From positions 1,170,001-1,202,000 of the forward strand of contig NC_007614.1 of assembly GCF_000196355.1 (NCBI RefSeq): DNA of 32,000 nucleotides, written 5' to 3'. The notes below the pieces were generated by a model. That model saw only the letters and a program-made list of their open reading frames with translations. It was not told the origin of the DNA and did no database searches. The DNA comes from Nitrosospira multiformis ATCC 25196 (GTDB lineage: Bacteria > Pseudomonadota > Gammaproteobacteria > Burkholderiales > Nitrosomonadaceae). The position numbers and the translations under genes are program-made. This document shows, piece after piece, positions 18,559-27,644 of the stretch (position 1 is the stretch's first letter; the number at the start of each line of letters is the position of its first letter).

Positions 18559-18634
18559 TTGCCGGTACTTCGTCTATTTGTCCCCATCTTGCTGTCTGCT
18601 TCACTGTCTGTCCTGTCGCCTGCCCTCTTTTTTG

Positions 18635-19600
18635 TCATTGAATGGCTGCGCAGGCATCCGCAGCCTCCATGAACTTCCGGTATCGCGCCAGCCACTGAAA
18701 CGGAACAGGGAACTCGCAAGTACTCTGTCTTGCCGCATGTGCCGCCATAAGAGCACCCAACATGATCGACCGGCCGCAGCTGTCTCCGCCTGCGCGTATG
18801 TTGGTTTCGACTGCGCTTCGGTAATCGCTCGCAGTTTGCGCAATGTGGAAGACGACAGGCAGACCTTCCGTGACGTGACAGGCAGAACCGAAGCGTTGAG
18901 TTGCGCCGACACCATCCGGCTTGGACATTGAAAGTGCCTCTTCAAGCAGCGGCCGGAGCACGCTGCCTGCAAGCGGCAAAGCATGTGCCAGGGCTTGTGG
19001 CATCGGCATGCCATGCAAAAGGTTGAATAACGCTGCGGCAGAACATTGCGCGGCGGCGACCGCCGTTTCGTTATTGTTTGTTATGCGCACCACTTCATCG
19101 ACCCGCGGCAGAAGTTCATCCAGTGTTCCTGCGTGTGCGGCCACCAGTGATGGGATCGCTGCCAGGGATGGATGCTGGTCGTCGTCCGGCCCGGAGGCCG
19201 CCGGGAAATCCCGCGGCTCCAAAGGTAACAATGTGCGCAGCGTGAGGCGAGTAGGGGAATCGATATACCCCACGTATTTCCCGCCCGGCCCGAAGCAGGC
19301 GCGATATTCGCTCTGATACTCGACCCGGTTGAACCGCCCGTGCCTTGCCAGATGCTTCAGCATCAGCAAGCAAACCTCTCCATAGGAGCTTGACTCGCCG
19401 GATGTCTTTCCGCCATGTGCAAAGTATCCCTTTACCCCGGCATAATTTGCCTCCTCCGGCTGCAGAAATACGAGGCCCCGTGGACCCCGAGCTGCTTCGA
19501 TCTCCGCGATGCGGGCAGGATCATAAATCCAGTGTAGCCCGAGGGCAGCGCTGTCCGCTACCAAAGCGCCAAGAATCGCCTCACTGTTCAGACTCTTCAT
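18635..19600 (-). CDS. ADP-ribosylglycohydrolase family protein (J1-crystallin-like subfamily)
   Basis: ILGALVADSAALGLHWIYD N-terminal motif and AGGDSCGRSIMLGALMAA near the C-terminus, typical of this fold family. Confidence 0.8.
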   Translation of the reverse strand: MKSLNSEAILGALVADSAALGLHWIYDPARIAEIEAARGPRGLVFLQPEEANYAGVKGYFAHGGKTSGESSSYGEVCLLMLKHLARHGRFNRVEYQSEYRACFGPGGKYVGYIDSPTRLTLRTLLPLEPRDFPAASGPDDDQHPSLAAIPSLVAAHAGTLDELLPRVDEVVRITNNNETAVAAAQCSAAALFNLLHGMPMPQALAHALPLAGSVLRPLLEEALSMSKPDGVGATQRFGSACHVTEGLPVVFHIAQTASDYRSAVETNIRAGGDSCGRSIMLGALMAAHAARQSTCEFPVPFQWLARYRKFMEAADACAAIQ

Positions 19601-19654
19601 TCTTCATACCCTTTCAGGCTCCTGAGACCGGAAATCCGATACATCGCCGGATAT

Positions 19655-19840
19655 CTATCGGCTGATCTCTTCTTCTACCGGCAACCGTCGGGCTTCATCT
19701 TCCAGCATGATGGGAATTCCATCCCGGATGGGGAATGCCAGCCTGTCGGCCTTGCAGATGAGTTCGTTTTCAGGCTTCCGGTACAGGAGCGGTGATTTGC
19801 ATAGGGGGCATACCAGAATGTCGAGCAATTTCGGATCCAT
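19655..19840 (-). CDS. Trm112 family / YcaR-like zinc-ribbon-type small protein
   Basis: 61 aa. [20 protein letters not shown]...[26 protein letters not shown]. Confidence 0.93.
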   Translation of the reverse strand: MDPKLLDILVCPLCKSPLLYRKPENELICKADRLAFPIRDGIPIMLEDEARRLPVEEEISR

Positions 19841-19923
19841 AATTCAGCCTCAATTTTAAGATTTCACCTCAATCGGTTGCTTCCAATAAGCCGAGCTTTC
19901 TGTTTTTCATCGGGCTCCCGGCG

Positions 19924-20340
19924 CTATTCCCGATTCCGGGTGGTGAAAGTGATACGATTATATCCCGCCATCCGCGCCGCCTCCATCACGGTGATAACCG
20001 ACTGATGCGTTGCCTGGGCATCCGCGTTGATGACTATCACAGGATCCACCCGACTGCCAGCCGCGCTTCGTAATTCCTCCTGCAGTTGCACGACATTCCG
20101 AAACTGGAGAGGCATCCGGTTGATCATGTAGTTCCCTGTCGCGCTGACCGAGATATCGATGACATTCGACTGCTCGCTGGATTTTTCGGAGGAGGCTTGC
20201 GGCAAGGTGATTTCCAGTTCCGAAAACTTGGAATAAGTGGTGGTTATCATCAGAAAAATCAGGATGACAAGCAGCACGTCGATCATCGGGACCAGATTGA
20301 TTTCAGGTTCTTCCTTGTTTCTGCCGCGCTGAAAATTCAT
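19924..20340 (-). CDS. exbD: ExbD/TolR family biopolymer transport protein
   Basis: EINLVPMIDVLLVILIFLMITTTY with the conserved TM Asp. Confidence 0.92.
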   Translation of the reverse strand: MNFQRGRNKEEPEINLVPMIDVLLVILIFLMITTTYSKFSELEITLPQASSEKSSEQSNVIDISVSATGNYMINRMPLQFRNVVQLQEELRSAAGSRVDPVIVINADAQATHQSVITVMEAARMAGYNRITFTTRNRE

Positions 20341-20430
20341 GGCCGGGAGTTGGTGGAATACGGAAGCAGTGATAGAAGAAGCAGTTTCAGGTGTGCGGAT
20401 TATGACGGATCAGGTAGCTGTTCCCAGTAA

Positions 20431-21042
20431 TCAACCTTTTCTGTCGCCATGGATGATTTCCACCAGTTTCAATGCCTGCAGTTCCATCTCTACTACCAGC
20501 TCATCCACCTTGGCACGGAAATACCGGTAAAACATGATACTGGGAATGGCTACAAGGATGCCAAAAGCGGCATTATAAAGGGCTACGGAGATGCCATGCG
20601 CCAGTTGCGCCGGATTGTTTCCGCTGACAGGCGTGTTTGAGCCGAATATTTCGATCATGCCCACCAGTGTCCCCAGCAGACCCATCAACGGGCTTATGGA
20701 GCCGATCGTTCCCAGGGTGGTGAGATAGCGTTCCAGCTGATGGGCAACGGCACGACCGGCTTCTTCTATGGATTCTTTCATGACTTCCCGCGTACTGGTG
20801 TCATTTTTCAGTCCCGCAGAAAAAATCTGACCGAGGGGAGAATGCTTCTGGAGACGGGTGAGCATTTCGGAAGACACGCCCGCTTCGCGGTACTCACGCA
20901 CGACCAGAGGCAAGAGATTCCGGGGTGCCACCACGTTGAGGCGCAGTGCCCAGATACGCTCGCCGATGATGGCTACCGCGACGATGGATGCCAGAATGAT
21001 CGGCCAGATCGGCCAGCCGGCAGCTTGAATCAACGCGAACAC
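20431..21042 (-). CDS. exbB: MotA/TolQ/ExbB proton channel family protein
   Basis: LTTLGTIGSISPLMGLLGTLVGMIEIF...ISVALYNAAFGILVAIPSIMFYRYF. Confidence 0.92.
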   Translation of the reverse strand: MFALIQAAGWPIWPIILASIVAVAIIGERIWALRLNVVAPRNLLPLVVREYREAGVSSEMLTRLQKHSPLGQIFSAGLKNDTSTREVMKESIEEAGRAVAHQLERYLTTLGTIGSISPLMGLLGTLVGMIEIFGSNTPVSGNNPAQLAHGISVALYNAAFGILVAIPSIMFYRYFRAKVDELVVEMELQALKLVEIIHGDRKG

Positions 21043-21374
21043 GCGGGAGCCTCCTCGGTAAAAATACAGAAATCGAACCTGAATCAGAGTAGATCAGGTC
21101 TTCAGGAATCGTCTTAATGTAGCTTGCTGCTGTGATTTCAGCAAGGATGAAAGGTTTTTATTGTCCACAATTGCTGTGGATAAGTTTGTGGGTAATATGC
21201 AGATAGAGCCATTAAGTCGCCCTTCCATAACAACTTTTTCTGATTAGACTAATTTTTGAACTTATTACAATTCATTTTAAAACATGGGGTTATGTCATAT
21301 CCGGATTTCATGCGGGTTGGCGCCGCATAATATGCTATTTTCGTGACAAGTGTGGATTATTGTAAAATGTCAAG

Positions 21375-22718
21375 ATGAATCACGTTCTGGAAATGGGTTT
21401 CGAGCGGGCGGTCATGAGCGTAAGCGAATTGAACCGCAATGCCAAGGAGTTGCTGGAGCAGGCTTTTCCATTATCCTGGGTGGCTGGCGAGATCTCCAAT
21501 ATCAAGTGCTATGGCTCCGGCCACTGGTATTTTTCCCTGAAGGATGAGATTGCTCAGGTGCGCTGTGTCATGTTCCGGGAAAAAAACCAGTATCTTGATT
21601 GGCAGCCTCGGGATGGCATGCGGGTGGAAGTGCGCGCCCTGGTAACGCTATATCATGCGCGCGGCGATTTCCAACTGAACATCGAGACTATCCGCCACGC
21701 CGGACTCGGTTCGCTGTTTGAAGCTTTCGAGCAACTCAAGGCGAGGCTTGGAAAAGAGGGGTTGTTCGATTCTGAGCGCAAGAAACCATTGCCAGAGTTT
21801 CCAAAGCAGATCGGGATCATCACTTCTCCTGCCGCCGCGGCGCTGCATGATGTGCTGTCCACCTTGCAGCGGCGTATGCCTTCCGTGCCCATAATCGTTT
21901 ATCCAACGATTGTTCAGGGCGCTGGCGCTTCAGTAAGGATCGCGGGCGCCATTCAAACCGCTGCAAGCCGGGCTGAGTGCGATGTACTGATACTGTGCCG
22001 CGGGGGTGGCTCTCTGGAAGATCTGTGGGCTTTCAACGAGGAGGTTGTGGCACGCGCAATCGCGGCTTGTTCCATTCCCATTGTCAGTGGAGTGGGTCAC
22101 GAAACCGATTTTACCATTGCGGATTTTGTTGCGGATGTCCGCGCGCCCACGCCGACTGGCGCATCCCAGCTCGTGTGCCCGGATCGCGCAGAAGTGGCGA
22201 GATGCGGAGAAATTCTTCGTGGACGCATGTACCGCGCGATGCAACGGCGCATCGAAAGCCGGATGCAGCATACGGATATGCTGGGGTGCCGTCTGGTACA
22301 TCCGGGAAAGCGCATCGAAGCACAACTGGCGCAGCTTGCGCGTTTGCGCGAACGCCTGGAAAGCGCATGGCTACGTCACGCGAAAGAGAGGCACTGGCGC
22401 TTGCGCGAGCTCCAGCAGCGCATGAAGATTGCCCGGCCCGACATCCCACGGCTGGAAGGGCGCCAGCAGCAACTCGGTCTACGCCTTCAGCGGGCGATCG
22501 CATCCCGGATTGAAACTCTCGGCATGCACTTGCAGCGCAGGGAAGCAAATCTTTCCCATCTGAATCCGGATTCCGTTCTGGCGCGAGGCTACAGTATTGC
22601 TTATACCTCCGATGGCACGGTATTGAGAAGAAATGATCAGGTCGATGTTGGCGATGTCATCCGCGTGACGTTTGCGAAAGGATGGAGCAAGGCGTCCGTG
22701 ATGGAGAAGGGCGAGTAG
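21375..22718 (+). CDS. xseA: Exodeoxyribonuclease VII large subunit
   Basis: VSELNRNAKELLEQAFPLSWVAGEISNIK, IGIITSPAAAALHDVLSTLQRRMP, RGGGSLEDLWAFNEE, SGVGHETDFTIADFVADVRAPTPTGASQLV. Confidence 0.97.
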   Translation: MNHVLEMGFERAVMSVSELNRNAKELLEQAFPLSWVAGEISNIKCYGSGHWYFSLKDEIAQVRCVMFREKNQYLDWQPRDGMRVEVRALVTLYHARGDFQLNIETIRHAGLGSLFEAFEQLKARLGKEGLFDSERKKPLPEFPKQIGIITSPAAAALHDVLSTLQRRMPSVPIIVYPTIVQGAGASVRIAGAIQTAASRAECDVLILCRGGGSLEDLWAFNEEVVARAIAACSIPIVSGVGHETDFTIADFVADVRAPTPTGASQLVCPDRAEVARCGEILRGRMYRAMQRRIESRMQHTDMLGCRLVHPGKRIEAQLAQLARLRERLESAWLRHAKERHWRLRELQQRMKIARPDIPRLEGRQQQLGLRLQRAIASRIETLGMHLQRREANLSHLNPDSVLARGYSIAYTSDGTVLRRNDQVDVGDVIRVTFAKGWSKASVMEKGE

Positions 22719-22971
22719 CGGGAATGCGCCTGCAGGATCGCACTCCATGACCTTCCGCCGAGTCTGGACATTCAGCCAAGGGTGGTGCAGACTTGACCGT
22801 TGGCGGGATTGGATTGTGCAGAATCGCATCGAACTCCCGTTCTCCCGCAGGGGAGAGATAAGTTTTTCCCGGATAAAAAGACGTTATGGAGATAGTTGCC
22901 ATTCAATTCCGTTTATATGTTTCTGCCACTGATCTCTGCCACTGAATCCTATCAGCTCTTTCCACAAAAAT

Positions 22972-23349
22972 ATGTCTCCAAAAATCTTTCTCACGCTGGG
23001 CGCAGTCAATGCATTTCTCTGCGTCGCTTTGGGTGCGTTCGGCGCGCACGGCCTGAAGCAGACGCTCTCCGCTGATATGCTGGCCGTATACCAGACCGGT
23101 GTGCAGTATCATTTTTATCATGCGCTCGGCCTTATCGCAGTGGGTCTCGTGCTGTTTCAGTTTCCCGCTTCCAAATGGGTGGCGTTATCCGGATGGCTGA
23201 TGTGTGCCGGAATTGTTCTGTTTTCTGCCAGTCTTTATGCGCTGAGCCTCACGGGCATACGCGGACTTGGCGCCATCACCCCATTGGGCGGCGTGTCATT
23301 CCTCACAGCGTGGGCCCTGCTTGCCTACGGCTCGTGGACAGCAAGATAA
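22972..23349 (+). CDS. DUF423 family small integral membrane protein
   Basis: 125 aa. GAFGAHGLK...YQTGVQYHFYHALGLIAVG...GIVLFSASLYAL...TPLGGVSFLTAW. Confidence 0.9.
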   Translation: MSPKIFLTLGAVNAFLCVALGAFGAHGLKQTLSADMLAVYQTGVQYHFYHALGLIAVGLVLFQFPASKWVALSGWLMCAGIVLFSASLYALSLTGIRGLGAITPLGGVSFLTAWALLAYGSWTAR

Positions 23350-23418
23350 ACCCATTTTTGCGAGTATCCGGGGATCAGGTTCCCCTGATATCGTGACCCG
23401 CCTGCATTCTGTCATCCT

Positions 23419-24618
23419 GTGACGCTTCATCATTTTTTTGCTCCCTGTCCCCGTGGCGTGGAATCCGGGCTCGTTGCCGAGTTGGAGTGCCTCGGTGCTT
23501 CTGCCATAAATCCTCAGGATGGGGGCGTGGAATTTCAGGGGGATTGGGATACGTGCTATCGAACCAATCTGGAAAGCCGTATCGCCAGCCGCATTCTCTG
23601 GCGCGTTGCAAGCGAACCTTACGCTACCGAAATTGACGTATATAAAGTTGCGCGCCAGTTACCCTGGCACGATTGGTTCTCTCCGGCGCTTACAATCAAG
23701 GTCAACGTGGCTGCCATCAGGTGTCCGTTGCAGAGCCTGGATTTCGTTACGCTCAAGATCAAGGATGGAGTCTGCGACAGGTTCCGCGAAGTTGCCGGCA
23801 ACCGGCCGAGTGTCGATACCGTGCAACCTGACATCCGGATTCACGGCTTTCTCGATGCCCGCAGGATTTCCTTGTATCTGGACACCTCCGGTGACGCGTT
23901 ATTCAAGCGTGGCCTGCGAAAGAATACCGGGGAGGCTCCCCTCCGGGAAAATCTTGCTGCAGGAATTTTATCGCTGGCAGACTGGCGCCCGGGAATTCCG
24001 CTGCTTGATCCCATGTGCGGGAGCGGAACCTTTCTGCTGGAAGCGGCACAAATTGCCCTGAATATACCCCCAGGGCTGGGACGAAGTTTTGCTTTCGAAA
24101 AGCTCAGGATATTCGACAAAAAACGATGGGAGCAGATCAGAAAGGCGGCAATTGCAGGGCAGAAGACGAAATCTCAGCAACCGATATTTGGCAGCGATTT
24201 GTATGGCAATGCGATTGCTGTGGCCCAGGCCAATCTCTCCGCTGCCGGACTTTCTGAAGCAGTTACTCTCAAGCAGGCGAACGTGCTGGAATTGTCCGCT
24301 CCGGCATCTTCCGGCTTTCTTGTCACCAACCCCCCCTACGGGGTGAGATTGGGGGAGCAGAAACAGCTCATGGAGTTTTATCCGAAACTCGGCGACGTGC
24401 TTAAGAAGAAATTCAGCGGGTGGAATGCCTACATCTTGACTGCTGATCCACAGCTTCCCAAGCTCATACGTCTGACAGCCTCGCGTCGTATTCCGCTCTT
24501 CAACGGTGCGCTGGAGTGCCGCTTACTGGAATATAAAATTGTATCGGGCGGGATGCGCAAAACGAAAAAAACCGCCACCGGTGAGCCAGGACGAGTAACG
24601 GGAGCCGAGCATGAGTAA
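23419..24618 (+). CDS. THUMP domain class I SAM-dependent RNA methyltransferase (RlmL N-terminal-like)
   Basis: GTG start. FFAPCPRGVESGLVAELECLGA, DTSGDALFKRGLR, LLDPMCGSGTFLLEAAQIALNIPPG, TNPPYGVRLG. Confidence 0.93.
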   Translation: MTLHHFFAPCPRGVESGLVAELECLGASAINPQDGGVEFQGDWDTCYRTNLESRIASRILWRVASEPYATEIDVYKVARQLPWHDWFSPALTIKVNVAAIRCPLQSLDFVTLKIKDGVCDRFREVAGNRPSVDTVQPDIRIHGFLDARRISLYLDTSGDALFKRGLRKNTGEAPLRENLAAGILSLADWRPGIPLLDPMCGSGTFLLEAAQIALNIPPGLGRSFAFEKLRIFDKKRWEQIRKAAIAGQKTKSQQPIFGSDLYGNAIAVAQANLSAAGLSEAVTLKQANVLELSAPASSGFLVTNPPYGVRLGEQKQLMEFYPKLGDVLKKKFSGWNAYILTADPQLPKLIRLTASRRIPLFNGALECRLLEYKIVSGGMRKTKKTATGEPGRVTGAEHE

Positions 24619-25117
24619 CCCCATGAGGCCGGTACGAAGCATATTGCTGGCGATCTTCACCGGTTGCGCGGGCCTGATCGGCTACGCGCTTTATCTGCAA
24701 CTCGTGGAAAATCTTTTGCCATGCCCGCTTTGTGTCGTGCAGCGTATGGCCTACTGGCTGATAGGCTTGACCGCGCTGGCCGGTTTTTTTCATACTCCGG
24801 AAACGACCGGTCGCCGCATCTATGCCGGCCTGATGGCAGTCTTTGCGTTCACCGGCGGGCTGGTTGCCTTGCGTCAGGCTTGGCTCGTCCGCTACCCGGA
24901 AGCATTCGAATGCGGTATCAGCCCTGAAGAAGCGTTTCTGAACGCGCTGCCGCTGGCACGATGGTGGCCCGTCATGTTCGAAGCAAACGGCGATTGCGCC
25001 GATGTCACATGGAAATTTGCTTCGCTTACTCTTCCGGATTGGTCCGCAATTTTTTTCATGATCCTTGCCGCGCTCTCGATTTATGTCCTGCTCGTCCGCG
25101 AAAATCAGCGCGAGTGA
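24611..25117 (+). CDS. dsbB: Disulfide bond formation protein DsbB
   Basis: LLPCPLCVVQRMAYW CxxC motif, a second conserved Cys pair (FECG...GDCAD), four hydrophobic segments. ATG overlaps the previous gene. Confidence 0.93.
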   Translation: MSNPMRPVRSILLAIFTGCAGLIGYALYLQLVENLLPCPLCVVQRMAYWLIGLTALAGFFHTPETTGRRIYAGLMAVFAFTGGLVALRQAWLVRYPEAFECGISPEEAFLNALPLARWWPVMFEANGDCADVTWKFASLTLPDWSAIFFMILAALSIYVLLVRENQRE

Positions 25118-25154
25118 TACACTAACAGCCTCCTGAATTCTTCGTCCGCCGTTC

Positions 25155-25205
25155 GCCCTGAGCTTTTTGACAGGCTCGTTTAAGAGGGCCTGAGTCGATC
25201 AGGGC
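25155..25205. repeat. Degenerate intergenic repeat-like segment (CGTTCGCCCTGAGCTTTTTGACAGGCTCG...TCAGGGC)
   Basis: Inverted GCCCTGA (25155-25161) / TCAGGGC (25199-25205). Resembles the TTCGACAGGCTCAGGGCGAAC-type intergenic repeats of many proteobacteria. Confidence 0.4.
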
Positions 25206-25315
25206 AGGACAAGAATATTGCGAGGAGCAAGGTTCTGCCTGCAGCGTCTCCTTGAAAAATTGAACTCCCATCCCTATATATGATCCATCTCTGATACAAG
25301 GAAACGGAACTGTCC

Positions 25316-26197
25316 ATGAAGCGAATTTTTCTATTTGTAGTTACCAATCTGGCCATCTTGCTGGTGCTGAGCATCACATTGCGCTTGTTGGGTGTTGATC
25401 GCATGCTTGACGAGCAGGGTGTGGGTATCAATTACAATTCACTGCTTGTCATGGCGGCAGTAATCGGTTTTGGCGGTTCGCTGATTTCGCTGGCCATGTC
25501 CAAGTGGAGTGCGAAACGCATGACGGGTGCGGTCGTGATCGAGCAACCTTCCGATCCGACCGAGCGCTGGCTGGTGGAAACTGTCCGGCGGCAGGCTGAG
25601 CGCGTGGGTATCGGTATGCCGGAAGTGGCGATCTACGAGGCACCGGACATGAATGCCTTTGCAACCGGCATGAACCGCAACGAGGCATTGGTGGCGGTAA
25701 GTACCGGCTTGCTTCAGGCTATGACAAAAGATGAAATCGAGGGAGTGCTGGCGCATGAAATAAGCCATGTTGCCAACGGCGATATGGTGACACTTGCGCT
25801 GATTCAGGGTGTCGTCAATACCTTCGTGATTTTTTTATCGAGAGTCATCGGCCATTTCGTGGACAGGGTCATATTCAAAACCGAGCGGGAGTACGGCCCC
25901 GCCTTCATGGTTACCACACTGATCGCCCAAATGGTACTTGGGATATTGGCGAGCATCATTGTAATGTGGTTCAGCCGCCAGCGTGAGTTTCGTGCGGATG
26001 CGGGTGGAGCGCAGCTGGCTGGACGCAACAAAATGATCGCAGCGCTTGAACGCCTGCAACGCCGGCACGAGCCCTCCCAGTTGCCGGAGCGGTTGGAAGC
26101 ATTCGGTATTTCCGGAGGGGAAGGGGGTCTCAGAACCCTGTTCATGTCTCATCCGCCTCTTGAAGTGCGTATTGCAGCGCTTCGCGCGATGACCTGA
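25316..26197 (+). CDS. htpX: Membrane-bound zinc metalloprotease HtpX (M48)
   Basis: [17 protein letters not shown] (HExxH), N-terminal TM segments, [20 protein letters not shown]. Confidence 0.97.
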   Translation: MKRIFLFVVTNLAILLVLSITLRLLGVDRMLDEQGVGINYNSLLVMAAVIGFGGSLISLAMSKWSAKRMTGAVVIEQPSDPTERWLVETVRRQAERVGIGMPEVAIYEAPDMNAFATGMNRNEALVAVSTGLLQAMTKDEIEGVLAHEISHVANGDMVTLALIQGVVNTFVIFLSRVIGHFVDRVIFKTEREYGPAFMVTTLIAQMVLGILASIIVMWFSRQREFRADAGGAQLAGRNKMIAALERLQRRHEPSQLPERLEAFGISGGEGGLRTLFMSHPPLEVRIAALRAMT

Positions 26198-26210
26198 TCG
26201 GCATGAAATA

Positions 26211-26247
26211 AAAAGGGCGGAAGCATAACATGCTTCCGCCCTTTTTT
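26211..26247. terminator. Bidirectional rho-independent terminator between htpX and mlaA
   Basis: AAAA-GGGCGGAAGCA-TAACA-TGCTTCCGCCC-TTTTTT. Perfect 11-bp GC-rich stem flanked by A and T runs. Confidence 0.95.
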
Positions 26248-26311
26248 GCGCCCCGTCAGTTCTGACGGGTCAGGTTCGACAGGCTTTTACTTTCTTGTTC
26301 CTTCGCGCGGT

Positions 26312-27274
26312 TCAAATTTCCTCTTCATCCTCCGTATCCTTCGGGGGATTCCCGTCATACACCAGATTTTGCCGTCTCTGGAGATAGGCATCCCGGATAA
26401 ACTCGTATTTGTCTAGGGAAGCTTCTTCCAGGGTTTTTTCGGATTTGAGCAGATCGGCGCGAGCGTCCGTAACCTTGGTGGAGCCCACTATCGGACCTAT
26501 AAAGGGTGCGACGAAAAAGCTGCCCACAAATACAGGGTCGGTCACGGTGTCAATGACGCGTCCCCCCGCATCCCGGGTGGAGCTGGGTCCGAGGAAGGGC
26601 AAAACGACATACGGTCCGCTTGCGACGCCATAATGACCCAGAGTCTGCCCGAAATCCTCATTATGCTTTTCCAGACCAATACCGCTTGCCAGATCCACGA
26701 TGCCGGCGAGACCAAGCGTGCTGTTCACCACGAACCGGGTGCTGCTGGTGAGCGCATTGCTGAATTTGAGCTGCAAAAGATTATTCAGCGTGATCGGTAT
26801 ATCACCGAGATTGGCGAAAACATTTCCTACTGCCGTTTCAAGGGGGTCCGGCATTATCCATCTGTATCCCCTTGCAACCGGCCTCATGACGTAATCATCA
26901 ACCGATTCATTGAATGAAAATATCTTGCGGTTGACGGGTTCCCACGGGTCTTTTTTACTGTAGGTCGGGTAAGTGGCAGGTGGAGCCGCATTTTTGAATA
27001 CAGGTCCCTCAATCGCTTCTGTTGGCCTGTTATCATCAACAGAAGCGGTTTTGGCGGTCGAAGCGTTCTTCTCTGCGGGAGCGCTTCCATCAGCCGTGGT
27101 GTCCTCAGCCATGGCCCCACCGTTGAGGAGAGACCCAAGAAGTAACGGCAATAATAGAGGAGAAGGTTTGACAGAGCGTGCCATAGTCAAGGTAAATCCT
27201 GAAGTTGACAGGGAATGTTTTTTCGCCATTATATGGCTAATTTCAAGCAAGAAAACACTTTTTTTCTCGCTCAA
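26312..27274 (-). CDS. mlaA: MlaA (VacJ) family protein
   Basis: KDPWEPVNRKIFSFNESVDDYVMRPVARGYR, RFVVNSTLGLAGIVDLAS, EDFGQTLGHYGVASGPYVVLPFLGPSSTRD. The true start may be MARSVKPS, downstream of the ORF-track start. Confidence 0.93.
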   Translation of the reverse strand: MSEKKSVFLLEISHIMAKKHSLSTSGFTLTMARSVKPSPLLLPLLLGSLLNGGAMAEDTTADGSAPAEKNASTAKTASVDDNRPTEAIEGPVFKNAAPPATYPTYSKKDPWEPVNRKIFSFNESVDDYVMRPVARGYRWIMPDPLETAVGNVFANLGDIPITLNNLLQLKFSNALTSSTRFVVNSTLGLAGIVDLASGIGLEKHNEDFGQTLGHYGVASGPYVVLPFLGPSSTRDAGGRVIDTVTDPVFVGSFFVAPFIGPIVGSTKVTDARADLLKSEKTLEEASLDKYEFIRDAYLQRRQNLVYDGNPPKDTEDEEEI

Positions 27275-27644
27275 TCCTGAGGCTTTTTCCGGGATGTTTG
27301 TTCATGCTTCATCTGCTTTACGACGCGCTTTTCACGATCTTAACGTTCTCTCCCCTGTCCCTCTTCCACCGGTGAGAGAAGGAGATTGAGATTCGATAAT
27401 CGGGCCTTTTGCTGGCTATCCAGTCTTTTGCGCCGGAGAGGGAAATGAAGAGTAATGAGAGCTTCCTGCAAACATGGCTTTCGTTAATCCTCATGCAAGA
27501 ACGGTAAACGTTGGCGAGTCTGAAATTATTCGACCACTCGTACCGTGAGTTCCAGATCCTCCTTTCTTCCCGGTGTGCGAGAGGAGTGGGAGAGAGTGGA
27601 AAGAGTGACAACGTACCAGAAGCGCACTGTACGCTATTCAGCTT

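Noticed and set aside
21977-22513. 178-aa + strand ORF inside xseA
   Set aside because: Alternate frame of a clearly conserved gene, with arginine-rich low-quality translation.
22910-22950. Short duplication of TCTGCCACTGA upstream of the DUF423 gene
   Set aside because: Only about 11 bp and two copies, so no meaningful signal.
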